Part shown: positions 12,631-25,789 of the stretch, one piece after another | Layout of the letters: each line of letters opens with the position of its first letter | How positions within the stretch are numbered: the stretch's first letter is position 1 | NCBI GenBank assembly: GCA_964016885.1 | Contig: OZ024740.1 | Coordinates: 80,290,001-80,354,000 of the forward strand | Source of the DNA: Eledone cirrhosa | Lineage: Eukaryota | DNA: 64,000 nt | Direction: 5' to 3' | Notes under the pieces: generated by a model | Databases searched by the model: none | Told to the model about the DNA's origin: nothing | The model's input: the letters and a program-made list of their open reading frames with translations, nothing else | Program-made: the position numbers and the translations under genes

Positions 12631-15600
12631 CTACAAAACTTCCTTATAGACTATATTTTGGGTTTTCTCACGAGCTGCCAAAGCAAATAGGTTATGTCGG
12701 CTCCCCACTCGAGAGCAGCCAACATATAGTTGACCATGGGAGAAGCACGGTTCTTCTAAATTAAGCCCTACGACCGTCAGCGTCTGACCCTGTGATTTGT
12801 TAATCGACATGGCAAAACTGAGCCGGAGAGGGAATTGCAGCCTTCTGAATGTGAAAGGAATGTCTTTACCGGATGGAATGAGAGGTATCCTTGGTATGAA
12901 GACAGTATCTCCCTTACCACATCCTGTAAGTATTGTTGCCTCAATAACATGAGGTATCGCCTTTTGGATGACCAGACGCGTGCCGTTGGAACTCCTTCGG
13001 TGTTCCAAATTCCTGATGAGCATGACAGGGGCACCTTTCTTAAGTCGCAGTAAGTGTGGTGGCAATCCCTGAGGGTCTAGGGAGTTAAGAAATTCTGTGG
13101 GGTAATTAACTACTTCGTCCGGATCAGCCATAGAGTCAAGGGACTTGTAGACGTGCAGGTTTCCAGGCAAGCACAGCATGAGCTGTTCATTGATGCTTCT
13201 AACTATGTGGTTTTTCGAAGCCAATATTGCGCGTTCACACAGCCACTCTTGATTTGTGTAGTTCTCCTCAAGATTATGAAAAACAGACGTCCGTAACTCA
13301 GCAATTGACTTAACGCATCTACAAATCCCCGTGAGGTCCGCTGCACCATCTTCGTCGAGTAGGACTTTGCCATCTCCCAACAACAAAATGGCAGCAACAA
13401 AACCCGCTGATATCTCATCACCTTGCAGTTGTGCTCTCATGTTTGTTGTAAGCGTCAGCTTTCTTACATAACGCCAAAGTGGGGAGGCCTAAAGGCATGC
13501 ACCAACCTCATCAGCCCGCGTACCTTTTGGGATTACAGGCACAGTCTGTCGGAAGTCCCCAGATATCAGGAAAGTGACACCTCCCATTGGTTCTTGACAG
13601 TCCCCGATGTCTCTGAATGACCGGTCTAATGCCTCGAAAGCCGCCTTGTGGGCCATAGTGCATTCGTCCGAAACAATTAGTAGGCAGCGCTTTAACACCA
13701 GTGCTTTTCCGGAAGACTTGCTGATGATGCACGTGGGTGTCTCAGATGATGCCACGTTGAGAGGAAGACTGAAGGTAGAATGGGTCGTCCTGCCACCAGG
13801 CAGCAAAGTTGTTGCAATGCCGGAAGAAGCCACGGCCAATGCGATGTTTCCGTGTTGCCTCACTGCAGCGTGTAAAAGTTTGATTACAAATGTTTTGCCC
13901 GCGCCTCTAGGTGCGTCCAAGAAGAATATACCCCCTCCCCGATTACGGATGGAATCAACGACAATGTTGTAGGCTTGTTTTTGATCCATTAGAAGTTTTG
14001 GTTCATTTTCTTCAACATACCTTTTGAGTTCGTCGATATCATATGACGTTTCACGTATAATGTCGTTGGGAATGTCAGATGGCGCATCTCAAAGTGTTTG
14101 CGGAAGCCCATATTTCTCCAAGACATCTCCGCCCATTGAAGCCACTCTGTCTTCAATATCGATCAGAGCTCTGTTATATATAGCCTCTGAAAAGCCGACA
14201 TCTAAGTTTTGAGATTGCAATTGAGCGAGACGCCTATATTCGTCTGCGAAATCATCTTTAAACTTTTGCCATAATGAGTAAGGATCGCTCAATTCACAGA
14301 CGGGATGATTGTGAGATGGCAGATTCCGTCAAGTTTGCATCCCATTGTGCGTCATCTTCTAAAAGTCCACGCCTCAAGCAGGCTTCCCTGTACGTTCCGT
14401 AGGCATATCCATCGACGGTTCTCAGATGAGTGAAGCTGGTCGGCTCTCTTACCTCATGAAGCAGAAGTCGCAGGTAGAAGCATTCGTGTTGAGTAGGGTG
14501 GACCGTATAAACTCGCCCAAGGCAATTGTCGAATTTGATGCCTGGATGTCCAACCATCTCTTGCCCTATCTTTCTTCGTAGCCATTTTATCCGGTTCCAT
14601 GTATAGTAAGATGCTATTTCAGAATACAGCAGAGTTTGAAAAAAGCGGTGAATGTAATATCCTTTGGTGAGATCGCTAGCTGAGCAGCTGTTGCATCGTT
14701 GAAATACACCCGTTGACCGTTTTCAAGGTGAACAGCAAGTTGTTTAATGACGGGGTGTCGTTGGTGCAGTGGGAAGCTAAAAACGCGCCAAAAGGCTTCA
14801 TTGCTGCTAATGTATCGGCCTGCTTGGTAGTCAGATACCTCGTCTCTACTGTTTTCATGACGAAGACCAAAGACGGCAGGATCCGACCCCTTGTTTACGT
14901 ACTTACAAACGTATTTAATTGATTTTACTGAACTGCAAAATTAGACGTTTATGTGGGCGTTGAACACTTTCAAGAGGGGGGGGGGGAAATATGGCACTAT
15001 CCAGCTGTTGTCTATTTCGCGTTCACCAACTTTTGTCTTCAGGTCTCCTGCGCCTATACAACGGATATCCGTCACCGCCAGTCTGTTTCCTGTAAAAACG
15101 GCCTGGGATATCGCTTTGTACACTTTCCCTCGTGTATGCACGGGGCCTTCATATTGAGTCCATGTCCGCAAGGAAGAGGTCCTCGTCAATCGACGGATCA
15201 GGTAGTTCGGCAGAAATGAATTTGTCGATGTAGTTTGAACTGATTTTTGTAACCAACCAAATCAAGATATGGGTATGCGGCAGAACTCGTTTCTACCATT
15301 CAACCGTGTACATGTCGCACCTGGCAGGTCCCAAAACCTGTTTTTTCTTTAATAAATCCATTAATTTGGATAATTTCAGGCGAAACACTCATTTAATGAG
15401 ATCGTGTTTGTGTCTTGGCGCTTGACCGTGGAACAGTTCGTTTGTAATCTCCTTCCACTTGGGATTGCATGTAAACGTTATGAAAAGGTCGGGGCGCCCA
15501 TAATGTCGTACGTAAGTCATGGTGTCCTGAGTCCTCTCGTGCATGTATCGGGGTCCTCCTGTGAACGTTGAAGGCAAAATACACACCTGCCCTAAATTGT

Positions 15601-17206
15601 CTGGTGATACGTCGTTGTTAATTCCATCGCGTAGATGAATGTAGCATTCAGATCGAAGTTTCTTTTGATATAATTTAATGGACCGTAATCTCTCGGACTC
15701 CATTTTAACGGCCATATCAACAGCAAGTTGTTGGAAAAGGTCCCGAGAAAGGTGTGGATGATTGAATGAATTGTCCCTTACCATAAATCGGAAAGCGTAG
15801 AAATCCATGCAGGTGACAGTTTTGCTAAGATGTGCCTCACCATTGCCTGCCGAATGTTGAGGAATGCCGAAATGGTATCCGTCCTCGCTGTTGACAAATA
15901 GCGTTGACTGGAGTGCATCGTAGGACCTGTGTGTCTCATTGATACGCTGTAATGTGCTGTCTCGGTGCTTTAGAATGATATCTCTCTTGTTGTGCTGTTC
16001 ACCACAAATAACTGCAGCAATCTCATTACATGTTGGTGCGTTGAACCGATCAGCGTGTTCTCCAGATGGCATTCGGTCAGCATGTATGACCACACTAAAG
16101 TTTTCGTCGGTAGCTGTTTCCAAAGCGTACTTGAAACTACGAACATAGCTATTTTTGTCATGAAGCATTTCTTGAAGATTTATTATAGTTCCAATGTTAG
16201 TTTCGGACGAAATAGAGTTTCCAACGAAGTATAACTGAAGAAATTGAGGATACTTTTCTGCCAGAGGCTGAACAGACCCAATCAAGTGGTAGATCTGCTC
16301 CTGGACTTTGAAAGTTGGCATGAACCCACGTTCCGAGGCAAGCTTTGCTCCGAAGGATGTCATCTGAAACGCGGAATTGTAACGGCGGATATTACGCAGA
16401 AACTTCGATGATTCCTCCGTCGTGTCTGTCAAAAGGAGTTGCAATGTCTCTGGAGGGTCGTGAATAGGAGGTAGTCTAACTTTACCGTTTGAACAGCACA
16501 TTCCATCTCTCTCCCCTGGCCACTTTTTCGTACGACAAAACTGGCAAGTAGAGGTCATTACCCCAATTTGAATATCTGCATGGACAGCGTAGTCGGAGGA
16601 GGGGTCGTAGTTAAAGGCCTTCAACAACCATCGTGAATTGCAAGTCCTAGAAATGCCACGTAACGATGATCGCCGCTGTTCACTTTGCAGAAGTCGGCCA
16701 CGCCATTGCTTTATGGTTTCAGTATTCCGTGCAGCAGCAGTGCCAGTGGCGTCCCTGTTTCGTCGAACGGCGCGTCGTCCTTCCTCCTCTCGTGCGCGGG
16801 CAGCGGGTGCTGCAGTGATGTCCCTGCTTTGTAGAACGGCGCGTCGTCCTTCATCCTCTCAAGCGCAAGCAGCGGATGTTGCAGTAGCGTCTCTGCTTCG
16901 TCGAACGGCGCGTCGTCCTTCATCCTGTCGAGCGCGAGCAGCGAATGTTACAGCGGCGTCCCTGCTTCGTCGAGCGGCGCGTCGTCCTTCATCTTCTCGA
17001 GCGCGAGCAGCAGTCGCGGCAGCACTTTTATTCTGTCGAAGTTCACGCTGACTGTCATCCTCCTCCGCTCTTGTAGCTGCCGTCTGCACAGCATTCTGTG
17101 AGAGCCTGATCGCAGTTGCATTTACATCTTCGGTGAGACGCCTTCGCTTAGACCTACTTGCATCATTAGATAATCGACCAATGAGATTTCTTTTCTAGGG
17201 GGGCAT
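12631..17206 (-). pseudogene. Helitron Rep (HUH endonuclease)-PIF1 helicase, broken by stops and frameshifts
   Basis: Rep motifs GRPDLFITFTCNPKW, LPHTHILIWL and WIVPY; helicase motifs FFLDAPRGAGKTF, LIVSDE, GDFRQTVPV, QFPLRLSFAMSINKSQGQTL and HGQLYVGCSRV; start MPPRK at 17206. Confidence 0.95.
16720..17010 (-). repeat. 69-bp coding minisatellite (23-aa RAREDEGRRAxRRSRDA repeats) in the Helitron ORF N-terminus
   Basis: GGCGCGTCGTCCTTC recurs at 16769, 16838, 16907 and 16976. Confidence 0.9.
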
Positions 17207-17586
17207 TGTTTTTAGAAAATTAACCAGGGAGAACGATGAATAGTGGACAAATAACGTTTATGTAAGCAAATCTAAACACGGATATAAATTGTGAAAAAAT
17301 GTGATAAATCTATGTGATCTGAGAAAGTGGGTATGCTTTCCAAGATTCTGTGTACGAGTAAAATTTCAGGTTTTAAGTTAGGGGCAACGCAGCGTACGGA
17401 CTACCTGTGATAAATGAAATTAAATAGTGTGGCTACAGTGGTAGCTATATAAGTGTCAGTATATTTGTTCAGTTTGAACATAGCAATAAGTAAGTACTAA
17501 CCATTGAAAGGATACGGGCAAAAATGGCCGAAATATCACATGATAAGCTGGAACCTTATGACCATAACACATTAACTAAACCTCCT

Positions 17587-18021
17587 TTAACCCTTTAGTG
17601 TTCAAACCGGCCGAAATTATTTCCCCTTCATTTATTCAAACTGTCCACAACCGGCCGTAACACCCACAGTTAAATATCGTTCTAAAAATAAACAATACCG
17701 TCATCAAAATCTCGCCAATTCGAGATTACTGCGAGATTAGGCCCTTACCGCGAAAATTAACACTTAATATAGTGAAACAACTTAAAACAACACGTGTTTT
17801 TTTAACGTTGAAAGTAGAACAGATTTTCTGTTTGTATCAACATGGCTTATGAAAGTAGCGATACCGACTTTGAAGGTTTTACACACGACGACATTCAGAA
17901 TGAGCAAGAAACAAAAGATAATATTAGTGATTTATCTTCAAATGAATCAGATGTTTACATTTCTGAAATTTCATCCGACGATGATTGTTGTTTTAAAAGT
18001 GAAAACGAAGATCGAACGTAA
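17587..18021 (+). mobile_element. Probable piggyBac 5' end fragment inside the Helitron
   Basis: TTAA-CCCTTT terminus at 17587 and an acidic ORF 17842-18021 (MAYESSDTDFEGFTHDDIQNEQ..SSDDD) resembling piggyBac transposase N-termini. Confidence 0.55.
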
Positions 18022-18116
18022 ACTTCAAAAGTTATCAGGTATTAATACAGTGTTAGTGTGAATTTCAATAGATAAGTCGAAGGGGCTTACATCTTATGTT
18101 TTATATATATATTATA

Positions 18117-18330
18117 TTACACACACAGAAATGTATATATATTTCTGTGTGTGTATATATATATATATATTACACACACAGAAATGTATATATATTTCTG
18201 TGTGTATATATATATATATATATTACACACACAGAAATGTATATATATTTCTGTGTGTATATATATATATTTCTATGTGTGTATATATATATATATTACA
18301 CACACACAGAAATGTATATATGTTTCTGTA
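18117..18330. repeat. Minisatellite of about four self-complementary units ACACACAGAAAT-(GTATATAT)-ATTTCTGTGTGT
   Basis: Each unit is a hairpin, separated by (TA)n. Confidence 0.85.
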
Positions 18331-20090
18331 GCACTCCTCAATTCCCCCCTCTCTCCCTCCCGCTATCCCCCTCTTGTAGTCTGTCTCTTTCTTTCACTCT
18401 CACTCTCTCTCTACGCGTGCGCAAAAAACATTCGCACACGCGCACGTGTTTTAGCGTCTATTCACTCTCTCTCTCCCTCTCTCCCTCCCGCTATCCCCCT
18501 CTCGTAGTCTGTCTCTTTCTTTCACTCTCACTCTCTCTCTACGCGTGCGCAAAAAACATTCGCACGCGACACGTGTTTCTACTGTCGGACAGACAGACAG
18601 AGAAATTGCTGGTTATATATTATAAGGAGATAACAAACTATGAAAGTGCCTTGTTTGTATGTAAATTACGGATACACTTGAATTGTTCCTTTTGTTGCTC
18701 AAACCATGAGCTATTTCGCTGATAAAAGCATTAAGATACATTTTGGGAACGAATAAATCAAGTAACATAATGAGTTATTGCAAAAGAATCCTATTACTTT
18801 GGAGTTTGCTGGGTCTTGTGATGAGATTTACGGGTTGGGTTGCCGGGTAGCATTGTGTATGGATATTTCTAAAGAAAATTGAAGAAGAAACTAATTATTT
18901 TGCAAGTGTCTAGAAAATATTTTAAAACTATTTATAAATTATATAAACATCCTGTAATCATTTGCTAATTGTCAATATAAAAAATAAATAAATTTGTCTA
19001 TCATTTTATTTAAGGTGTTAATGTTTGTCTACATATAATTAAAAAAAAATTGTTTTGCTTCAATTTGATCGATATCCATCAATTGAAACGATTTGGTTGA
19101 GTCATAAATCAAAAGGAGATGAAAATAAGTAATATATGAAATTCAATTAGACATAGACTAAGTATAATTAGAAAGTGTTGTTGTTTTAGTGGCGCTTAAT
19201 TTAAATTTACAGAAAACAACAACAAAAAACTTTAATGGAAAACTTCAAAATAGATACAATTTATAAGAAATTGAGAAAACGATAATGATAAGTGATGACA
19301 ATACCATATAGTATTATTTAACAAAAAACAATTCTTGGTATGAAGTTTAATCTTGATATTTAATATATATGGTATACAAAGCTTGAGCGGCTAAAATTCT
19401 GCCATAAGGCTAATTAGAAAAGCTAAACACGAGCCTTTAAGTATTGTAAGCTATATAAAACCTTAAAAAAATTACATCACTACAAAAGAATTAACCAAGT
19501 CAAGCGATTAACCAGTTAATTCTTTTTGGCATTTTAGTTAATGCTATTGACTGATTAATCGCTTAAGTTTATTTTAAAAACAACTCGGTCGAGAGCTTAA
19601 TTCGTTTTGTGCGGTTTTTGCAAATGTTTGCAATAACTACACATGCTGAATTCACTAGCAAAAATAGGGATTTTCGCCCCTTAGAATCTCACATGTGCTT
19701 TCATAAGCTGGGAGATTCTGGCGCAAGAAGAACAAAAATCTGTTGAGAAAGCGATGCCTTGTTCGATCATTATACTAAAAGCTTATTTTTTTATAAGCAG
19801 ACAGTATTATTCATTTAGGTGTTGCAGAAACCCAATTTCGGAATATTCCATCTTCCCCGAGGGTCCGGGTAACTATTTCAATCATATCTCATTTTGTTTG
19901 ACCCGTTTAGCTTGTTCGCATTTTTGGCTATGGTGGTTAATGGCTTCTTAACCATCGTCTCAGCGTGTATGACCATTTTAACTTATGTTTATAGCTCTGG
20001 TATCTTCTTTATATCTATGGAGCGCTTGTCTGCACAATATGGAAGTTGCGTTTCGCTAATTTCTACCCGCCAAAATGCGATTCTCGCTAA

Positions 20091-20122
<32 letters not shown>

Positions 20123-20125
<3 letters not shown>

Positions 20126-20312
20126 AACGAGTAGGACCCCGACGGCTGAGCTCAAGCCGTTTCGACGGCTAATTCTGGACTGAATAAGCCGTCGAAACGG
20201 CTTGAGCTCAGCCGTCGGGGTCCTACTCGTTCCTATTACCCACTCTACTACCCTAAGTATTGAGTACTTTGGTGCGTTATGGTCCATCTGGTTCCTTACC
20301 ACATTTCCTTCG

Positions 20313-20314
<2 letters not shown>
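20123..20314. repeat. Fold-back insertion of the PLE3 pseudo-LTR 3' end in a (TA)n tract
   Basis: 20123-20166 and about 20187-20234 are reverse complements; sequence matches 24675-24731, 24049-24120 and 32288-32466. Confidence 0.85.
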
Positions 20315-20375
<61 letters not shown>

Positions 20376-21074
20376 TAAAATGTGGAGAAGGAGCACACAA
20401 GTTGGAACATATACATATATATATATGAAAATATGGAGAAAAAGACGATTATTAGGAAGAAAAATGTATTTTTTTCCTTTTATTTTTTTCTCTTTTGTCT
20501 GGGTTAGAAAATGTTTAAAACAAAATATTTTACTTTGTGTGAAGTGTTAAGGTATTAGTTAATTTATTTATATATTTAATAATTGTCTATGCATTATCAA
20601 AGGGGGGAATTTGTATTGGCATAAAATGTTGGAGAGAAAATAATGTGATGTTGAACATGTTAAAGAAATGGGAAAGAAAGAATAATATTATTTACAAAGA
20701 AGATTTTTGAAGTAAAAAGAAAAAAAGAAAAAAGGGTGATGTGGAACATGATAAGGTAATGAGAAAGAAAGAATAATATTATTTACAGGCATAGTTCTTG
20801 AGGATAAGCAGTTCAAAATGTGTTATTATGGCAAGCGCGCTTGGTTGGTCCGTAATGGAGGCAAATGGGGTTTGATATGATTTCCATTTTTAGAGAGTTA
20901 ATATGCAGAGGGAGGTTATTCAGGGTGGTCAGGTAGGTGAGAGAGAAATGAGAGGGGGTAATTCATTTATATAAGAAAAAAGATTAGGTAGGATGTAGGG
21001 AGGTAACTCTTTAGAGAACATAGGAATTGGGGCTTTGGTTCATTGTTGGTTCCAGTTTTACTTCAGTCCGAAGT

Positions 21075-21650
21075 TTAGTCCATTAAGTAGAGATTGGAAT
21101 TTGTTAGTGAAGTACATTTCCTTATTGGTACGATGGATGAAAGAAGCGTTGTCTATGAATTTGTAAATGAAGAAAATTTAGAAGTTTGGATGTTGGTTAG
21201 GTGTACAATTGGCGATATGTTCACTAAAAGCAATCTTTCTGTATTCCTGTATTTTGATTTGTGATCTATGGACGGTCATACTTTGTCAGAGGCTGTATTT
21301 TGTCGTCCTATGTAGTGCTCTCGACAACCTGAGCAGGTCAAAACATAGATTTGGTTTTCAGATGCACATATAAAGTTGTATTTAACTGTGAAATGTTGTC
21401 CTTGTTTAAAGTGGAATGTTAAACCTTCTATTAGATTTATGCATATACCACAGTTGGGCCTTCCGCATTTATTTTACTGTAGGTTTCATTGTGAGGGTTG
21501 GTTGGATTTTGGCTTGTGTGGGGATGTTTTTTTATGGATTTAGGTTGTCTTTTGTTCTTTATGATGTTGTGTGTTTGGACTTTTTGTTCATTCTTGGGTC
21601 TCTTTTTAGTAAAGGAATGTTCTGGAGGATGGTGTCGAATGCCTTTTTTT
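21075..21650 (-). pseudogene. Decayed PLE GIY-YIG endonuclease fragment
   Basis: Minus strand YNFICASENQIYVLTCSGCREHYIG..MTVHRSQI..FSEHIANC..KEMYFTNKFQSLLN. Confidence 0.75.
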
Positions 21651-21728
21651 CTTTTTTCTTTTTTCTTTTTTCTTTTTTTTTTCTTTTTTCTTTTTACTTC
21701 AAAAACCTTCAAAAAGCCACACGAATGA

Positions 21729-22672
21729 ATATCCACTCACACCACTACTAACGTCCAGCGCACGAGGTGAGATATTCATTCGTGTGGCTTTTAGTTGTAT
21801 GTACTTGTTCCATTTAATGTTGTTTCTCGCTGAGGATAGCCTACGGATTATCTGTTACAAACTCAATTTTCAGGGCGAAACAGATTAAATCTCTAATCTG
21901 TCCGAGAGATGAAATAGTTATTGAGATGGTCTGTATATATATTCTATATCTTCCGTTTGCTTCAGGTTAAATTTATCAAACCAATGTGGTACTTCTACCC
22001 TCGTAATTTTAGACACACAATTTACTGTGTTTATTTCTAAATATATTATTATATAATACTCAGTATTTATACTTTCAGCTTGTTAATTACAGGGTATCAA
22101 TATGAGTTAGTAACTCTGTATTTTATTTGTATTTCGGCTCCCTAACTAGGTGAGCTTATAAGTTGGGTGTATTAAGGCTATTATTTTTAGCATATCCACT
22201 CACACCACTACTAACGTCCAGCGCACGAGGTGAGATATTCATTCGTGTGGCTTTTAGTTGTATGTACTTGTTCCATTTAATGTTGTTTCTCGCTGAGGAT
22301 AGCCTACGGATTATCTGTTACAAACTCAATTTTCAGGGCGAAACAGATTAAATCTCTAATCTGTCCGAGAGATGAAATAGTTATTGAGATGGTCTGTATA
22401 TATATTCTATATCTTCCATTTGCTTCAGGTTAAATTTATCAAACCAATGTGGTACTTCTACCCTCGTAATTTTTCTTCACACAATTTACTGTGTATATAT
22501 ATTATTATATAATGCTATATATATTTATACTTTGAGCTTGTTAATTACAGGGTATCAATATGAGTTATTAACTCTGTATTTTATATATATATATATATAT
22601 AAAATACAGAGTTACTAACTCATATTGATACCCTGTAATTAACAAGCTCAAAGTATAAATATATATAGCATT
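21729..22672 (+). repeat. About 1.85 tandem copies of a 463-bp hammerhead-containing unit (tandem pseudo-LTR or retrozyme) ending in a fold-back (22511-22582 / 22601-22672)
   Basis: ATATCCACTCACACC at 21729 and 22192; short inverted piece at 21711-21732. Confidence 0.85.
21825..21907 (+). ncRNA. Type I hammerhead with stable stem III (second copy 22288-22370)
   Basis: TCTCG CTGAGGA ta-GCC..GGC GAAA CAGATTA-aatctc-TAATCTG TC CGAGA; GUC cleavage triplet. Confidence 0.85.
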
Positions 22673-22751
22673 ATATTATATATATATATATAGTAATAAT
22701 AATAAATTTGAAGACTAAAATCCAAAGAGAGCTCGATAAGGATAAATGTTA

Positions 22752-22800
22752 GTTTCAGAAGATCCCGTTAAGGGTGAAAGCAGCGATTCTTTGCTTAAAC
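22752..22800 (+). ncRNA. Hammerhead-like motif with CAGAAGA core (U4A)
   Basis: GTTT CAGAAGA TCCC-gttaa-GGGT GAAA GCA..TGC TT AAAC; second copy at 45704-45753. Confidence 0.55.
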
Positions 22801-22818
22801 TTTAATCTGTTATTTTAA

Positions 22819-22928
<110 letters not shown>

Positions 22929-23123
22929 TATATTATTAAGAACAACTGACTATACGTATATGGGATAACAAGTTATCGTTATAGGTAATCCAGTTAGAGG
23001 TTGTGAGTACTCTGTATTGTGGATAGTTTTAACGTACGGCGTTGTTTGACTCAACAAGAGGTTTCCATAGTTAGGTAGCGAGTTCGCAAGACTTCCTATG
23101 CAGGTTATTCTTGGAGTAATGAT

Positions 23124-23545
23124 AGTGAAAGATTGAAGAATAACATGGTCGGCTGTACAAAAAGGGATTTATTTCAAGTATTAACAATTGTTTCTTTGAT
23201 CGGATGAGTCTAAAGGCCGCTAATCACTCGAAGTTGCATCACTAGACCTTAAATACAATGTTTACCTATGATCAAATCATCGGAATACTGGAGGTTTTAC
23301 ATATGGCATTGGTATATATAGATACAACGGAGAATCAAAACAATAACATCAATAATAAAAGATAATGATAAAGAGGTAAAGACGTATTCCGATGATTTGA
23401 TCAGAGGTAAACACTGTACTTAAGGTCGAGTGTCACAACTTCGAGTGATTAGCGGCCCTTAGCAGCCTCAATGAAACATTTGTTAATACTTGAAATAAAA
23501 CACTTTTTATACAGCCGACCTTGTTATTCTTCAATCTTTCACTAT
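23124..23545. repeat. Diverged inverted repeat (23124-23288 / 23384-23545), each arm a hammerhead-like motif with CCGAUGA core and a large stem II insertion
   Basis: Plus arm GTATT CCGATGA TTTGA..TCAAT GAAA CATTTG TT AATAC..AATAAA (23384-23489); minus arm 23178-23288 has TTTGATC/GATCAAA and GAAA CAATTG TT. Confidence 0.75.
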
Positions 23546-23847
23546 TAACTAATTATATTTATTTACACTGAATTCTTGACAATATGAAAGTATATAGCGT
23601 AATGATGTAGCAATTCGAGATCACATCTGGTAAATCTTAAGCCATGATAACTTGAAATCGTGTTCAGATTACCTGCCGGTGGCATAGGATGAGATCTTAT
23701 CAAGTTGGTTAAATTGGAGGTTATATGATATCGATTTAATATTCCCGGAAGGTAGCTTGAAGTCTTTATTTCGGATCAGATGAGTGACATCAGCTGTTGT
23801 CTTAAATCAGTTGCAAACACGCCAGTGCAGTCACGCGAATGGACACG

Positions 23848-23914
<67 letters not shown>

Positions 23915-23998
23915 CATACCTACATACACACACACATATATATATATATATTTCTATATATGTATTTGTATTTATATATATAGGTATATTGTATATAG

Positions 23999-24050
<52 letters not shown>

Positions 24051-24214
24051 AACGAGTAGGACCCCGACGGCTGAGCTCAAGCCGTTTCGACGGCTAATTC
24101 TGGAATTAGCCGTCGAAACGTTATATATATATATATATATATAAATAAATACAAATATATATAAATAAATACAAATATATATAAATATATATATTTTTAT
24201 AAAAGAGTAAAAGA

Positions 24215-24285
<71 letters not shown>

Positions 24286-24423
24286 CATATATATACATAT
24301 ATATACATATATATACATCTATATTTATATATACATATACACATATATACAACTGTATATTGATGTACACATGTATATATATATATATATATACACACAC
24401 ACATATATATATACATGTACACA

Positions 24424-24461
<38 letters not shown>

Positions 24462-24537
24462 CATACACACACACACACATATATATATATTTCTATATAT
24501 GTATTTGTATTTATATATATAAGTATATTGTATATTG

Positions 24538-24671
<134 letters not shown>

Positions 24672-24685
24672 TATGAACCAGTAAG

Positions 24686-24779
24686 ACCCCGACAGCTGAG
24701 CTCAAGCCGTTTCGACGGCTAATTCTGGACTAAATGAAAATTTATCCTGGTATTTAAATAGCCGATCTTCTCAAGGGGT
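24686..24779 (-). ncRNA. Type I hammerhead with U3-A8 core variant in PLE3 pseudo-LTR
   Basis: Minus strand ACCCC TTGAGAA GAtCGGCTA..TAGCCGTC GAAA CGGCT-tgagctc-AGCTG TC GGGGT. Confidence 0.72.
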
Positions 24780-25789
24780 AATTCCATATATGGTCAAAGT
24801 GATTGTCAAAAATCAGTAGTAATTCTGTGGTTGCAAATTAGTAGGGGAGATGGTGGCTAAACCTGCCAGTAGGAGAAAGAGGGGAGGGGGTGGAGTAGCC
24901 CCAATCAAGCGTTTGTAGTGCCAGCTACAGCTGGGCATGAGGTCAAAGAAGATACAGGGGAGGGGGAGGGGGAGGAAGTCGGAACGGTAGGTAGAACAAT
25001 GGGGGGTAGAAATATATAGGAAAGAAAAAATACTGAGAGTGGAGAAAAGCAAATAAGTGTAAAGAAAAACAAATGAGTGTAAAGAAAAAAGTAAAGTAAA
25101 TTAAATTCTACGACCTAGGTCTCTAGCTATTGTTAGTCTAGAATAAATAAATAAATAAAGAAAGAAAGAAGTAAAGAAAGAAATAAAGAAATAACGAAAT
25201 AAGTAAAAGAACTAGGTGGGACGGATTAGGCGAGGACCCTTTTAAGAGGTATAAGTACGTAAATGATACGGTGACTGGTCAACAAAAGGGGCCAAAATAC
25301 TAAAGAGACTACCACGAAATAAACAATAAAGGTTTCCATCCCGGGCACAATTCCAGCAACCACCCAGTGCAGCAAAGTGAACTAATACGAGATAATAATT
25401 CTGAGTCCCGAGAAAAATATATACTAATGCTAACTCTAATCGATCTAAAACAAGCTACATGAAAGTTCGTACGAAGTAAAGGTAGAATACGGAAGAATAA
25501 GTTCAGAATCCACCCCGCCCAAAAGAAAAGCGAAGAAAGAAATACTGAAACGAAAAAATAAGGCATACGTGCCACTAAGAAATATAGAGGGCACAGAGAA
25601 TAGTGGGAGCGGTCGGAAAAAGGGGACAAGTATCCGGGATCTAAACCAACTGCTATAAAGGGCGGAGTCCGCCAAATCTATCCTAGACTAGGGGAGGGGG
25701 TGGGGGTACTAAGGCTACAAGGGGACAAAGGGCAGCCTCGGGTGGGCGGGAAAAGACGCCGACAAAGGAGAAGAGCTGGGGTAGAAGGA

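Larger units (their letters stand above)
11953..18630 (-). mobile_element. Full-length decayed Helitron
   Basis: Minus strand begins A|TC at 18630 (TCTCCTTATAATAT..GTCTGTCTGT) and ends CCGGGCAACGCCGGG hairpin + CTAG|T at 11953; Rep/helicase coding sequence inside. The 5' boundary is less certain than the 3'. Confidence 0.82.

Noticed and set aside
19873-20095. Hydrophobic frame with ISMERL resembling a GPCR TM3 motif
   Set aside because: Short, bounded by a stop and a microsatellite, with no other transmembrane segments or clear splice sites; needs a profile search.
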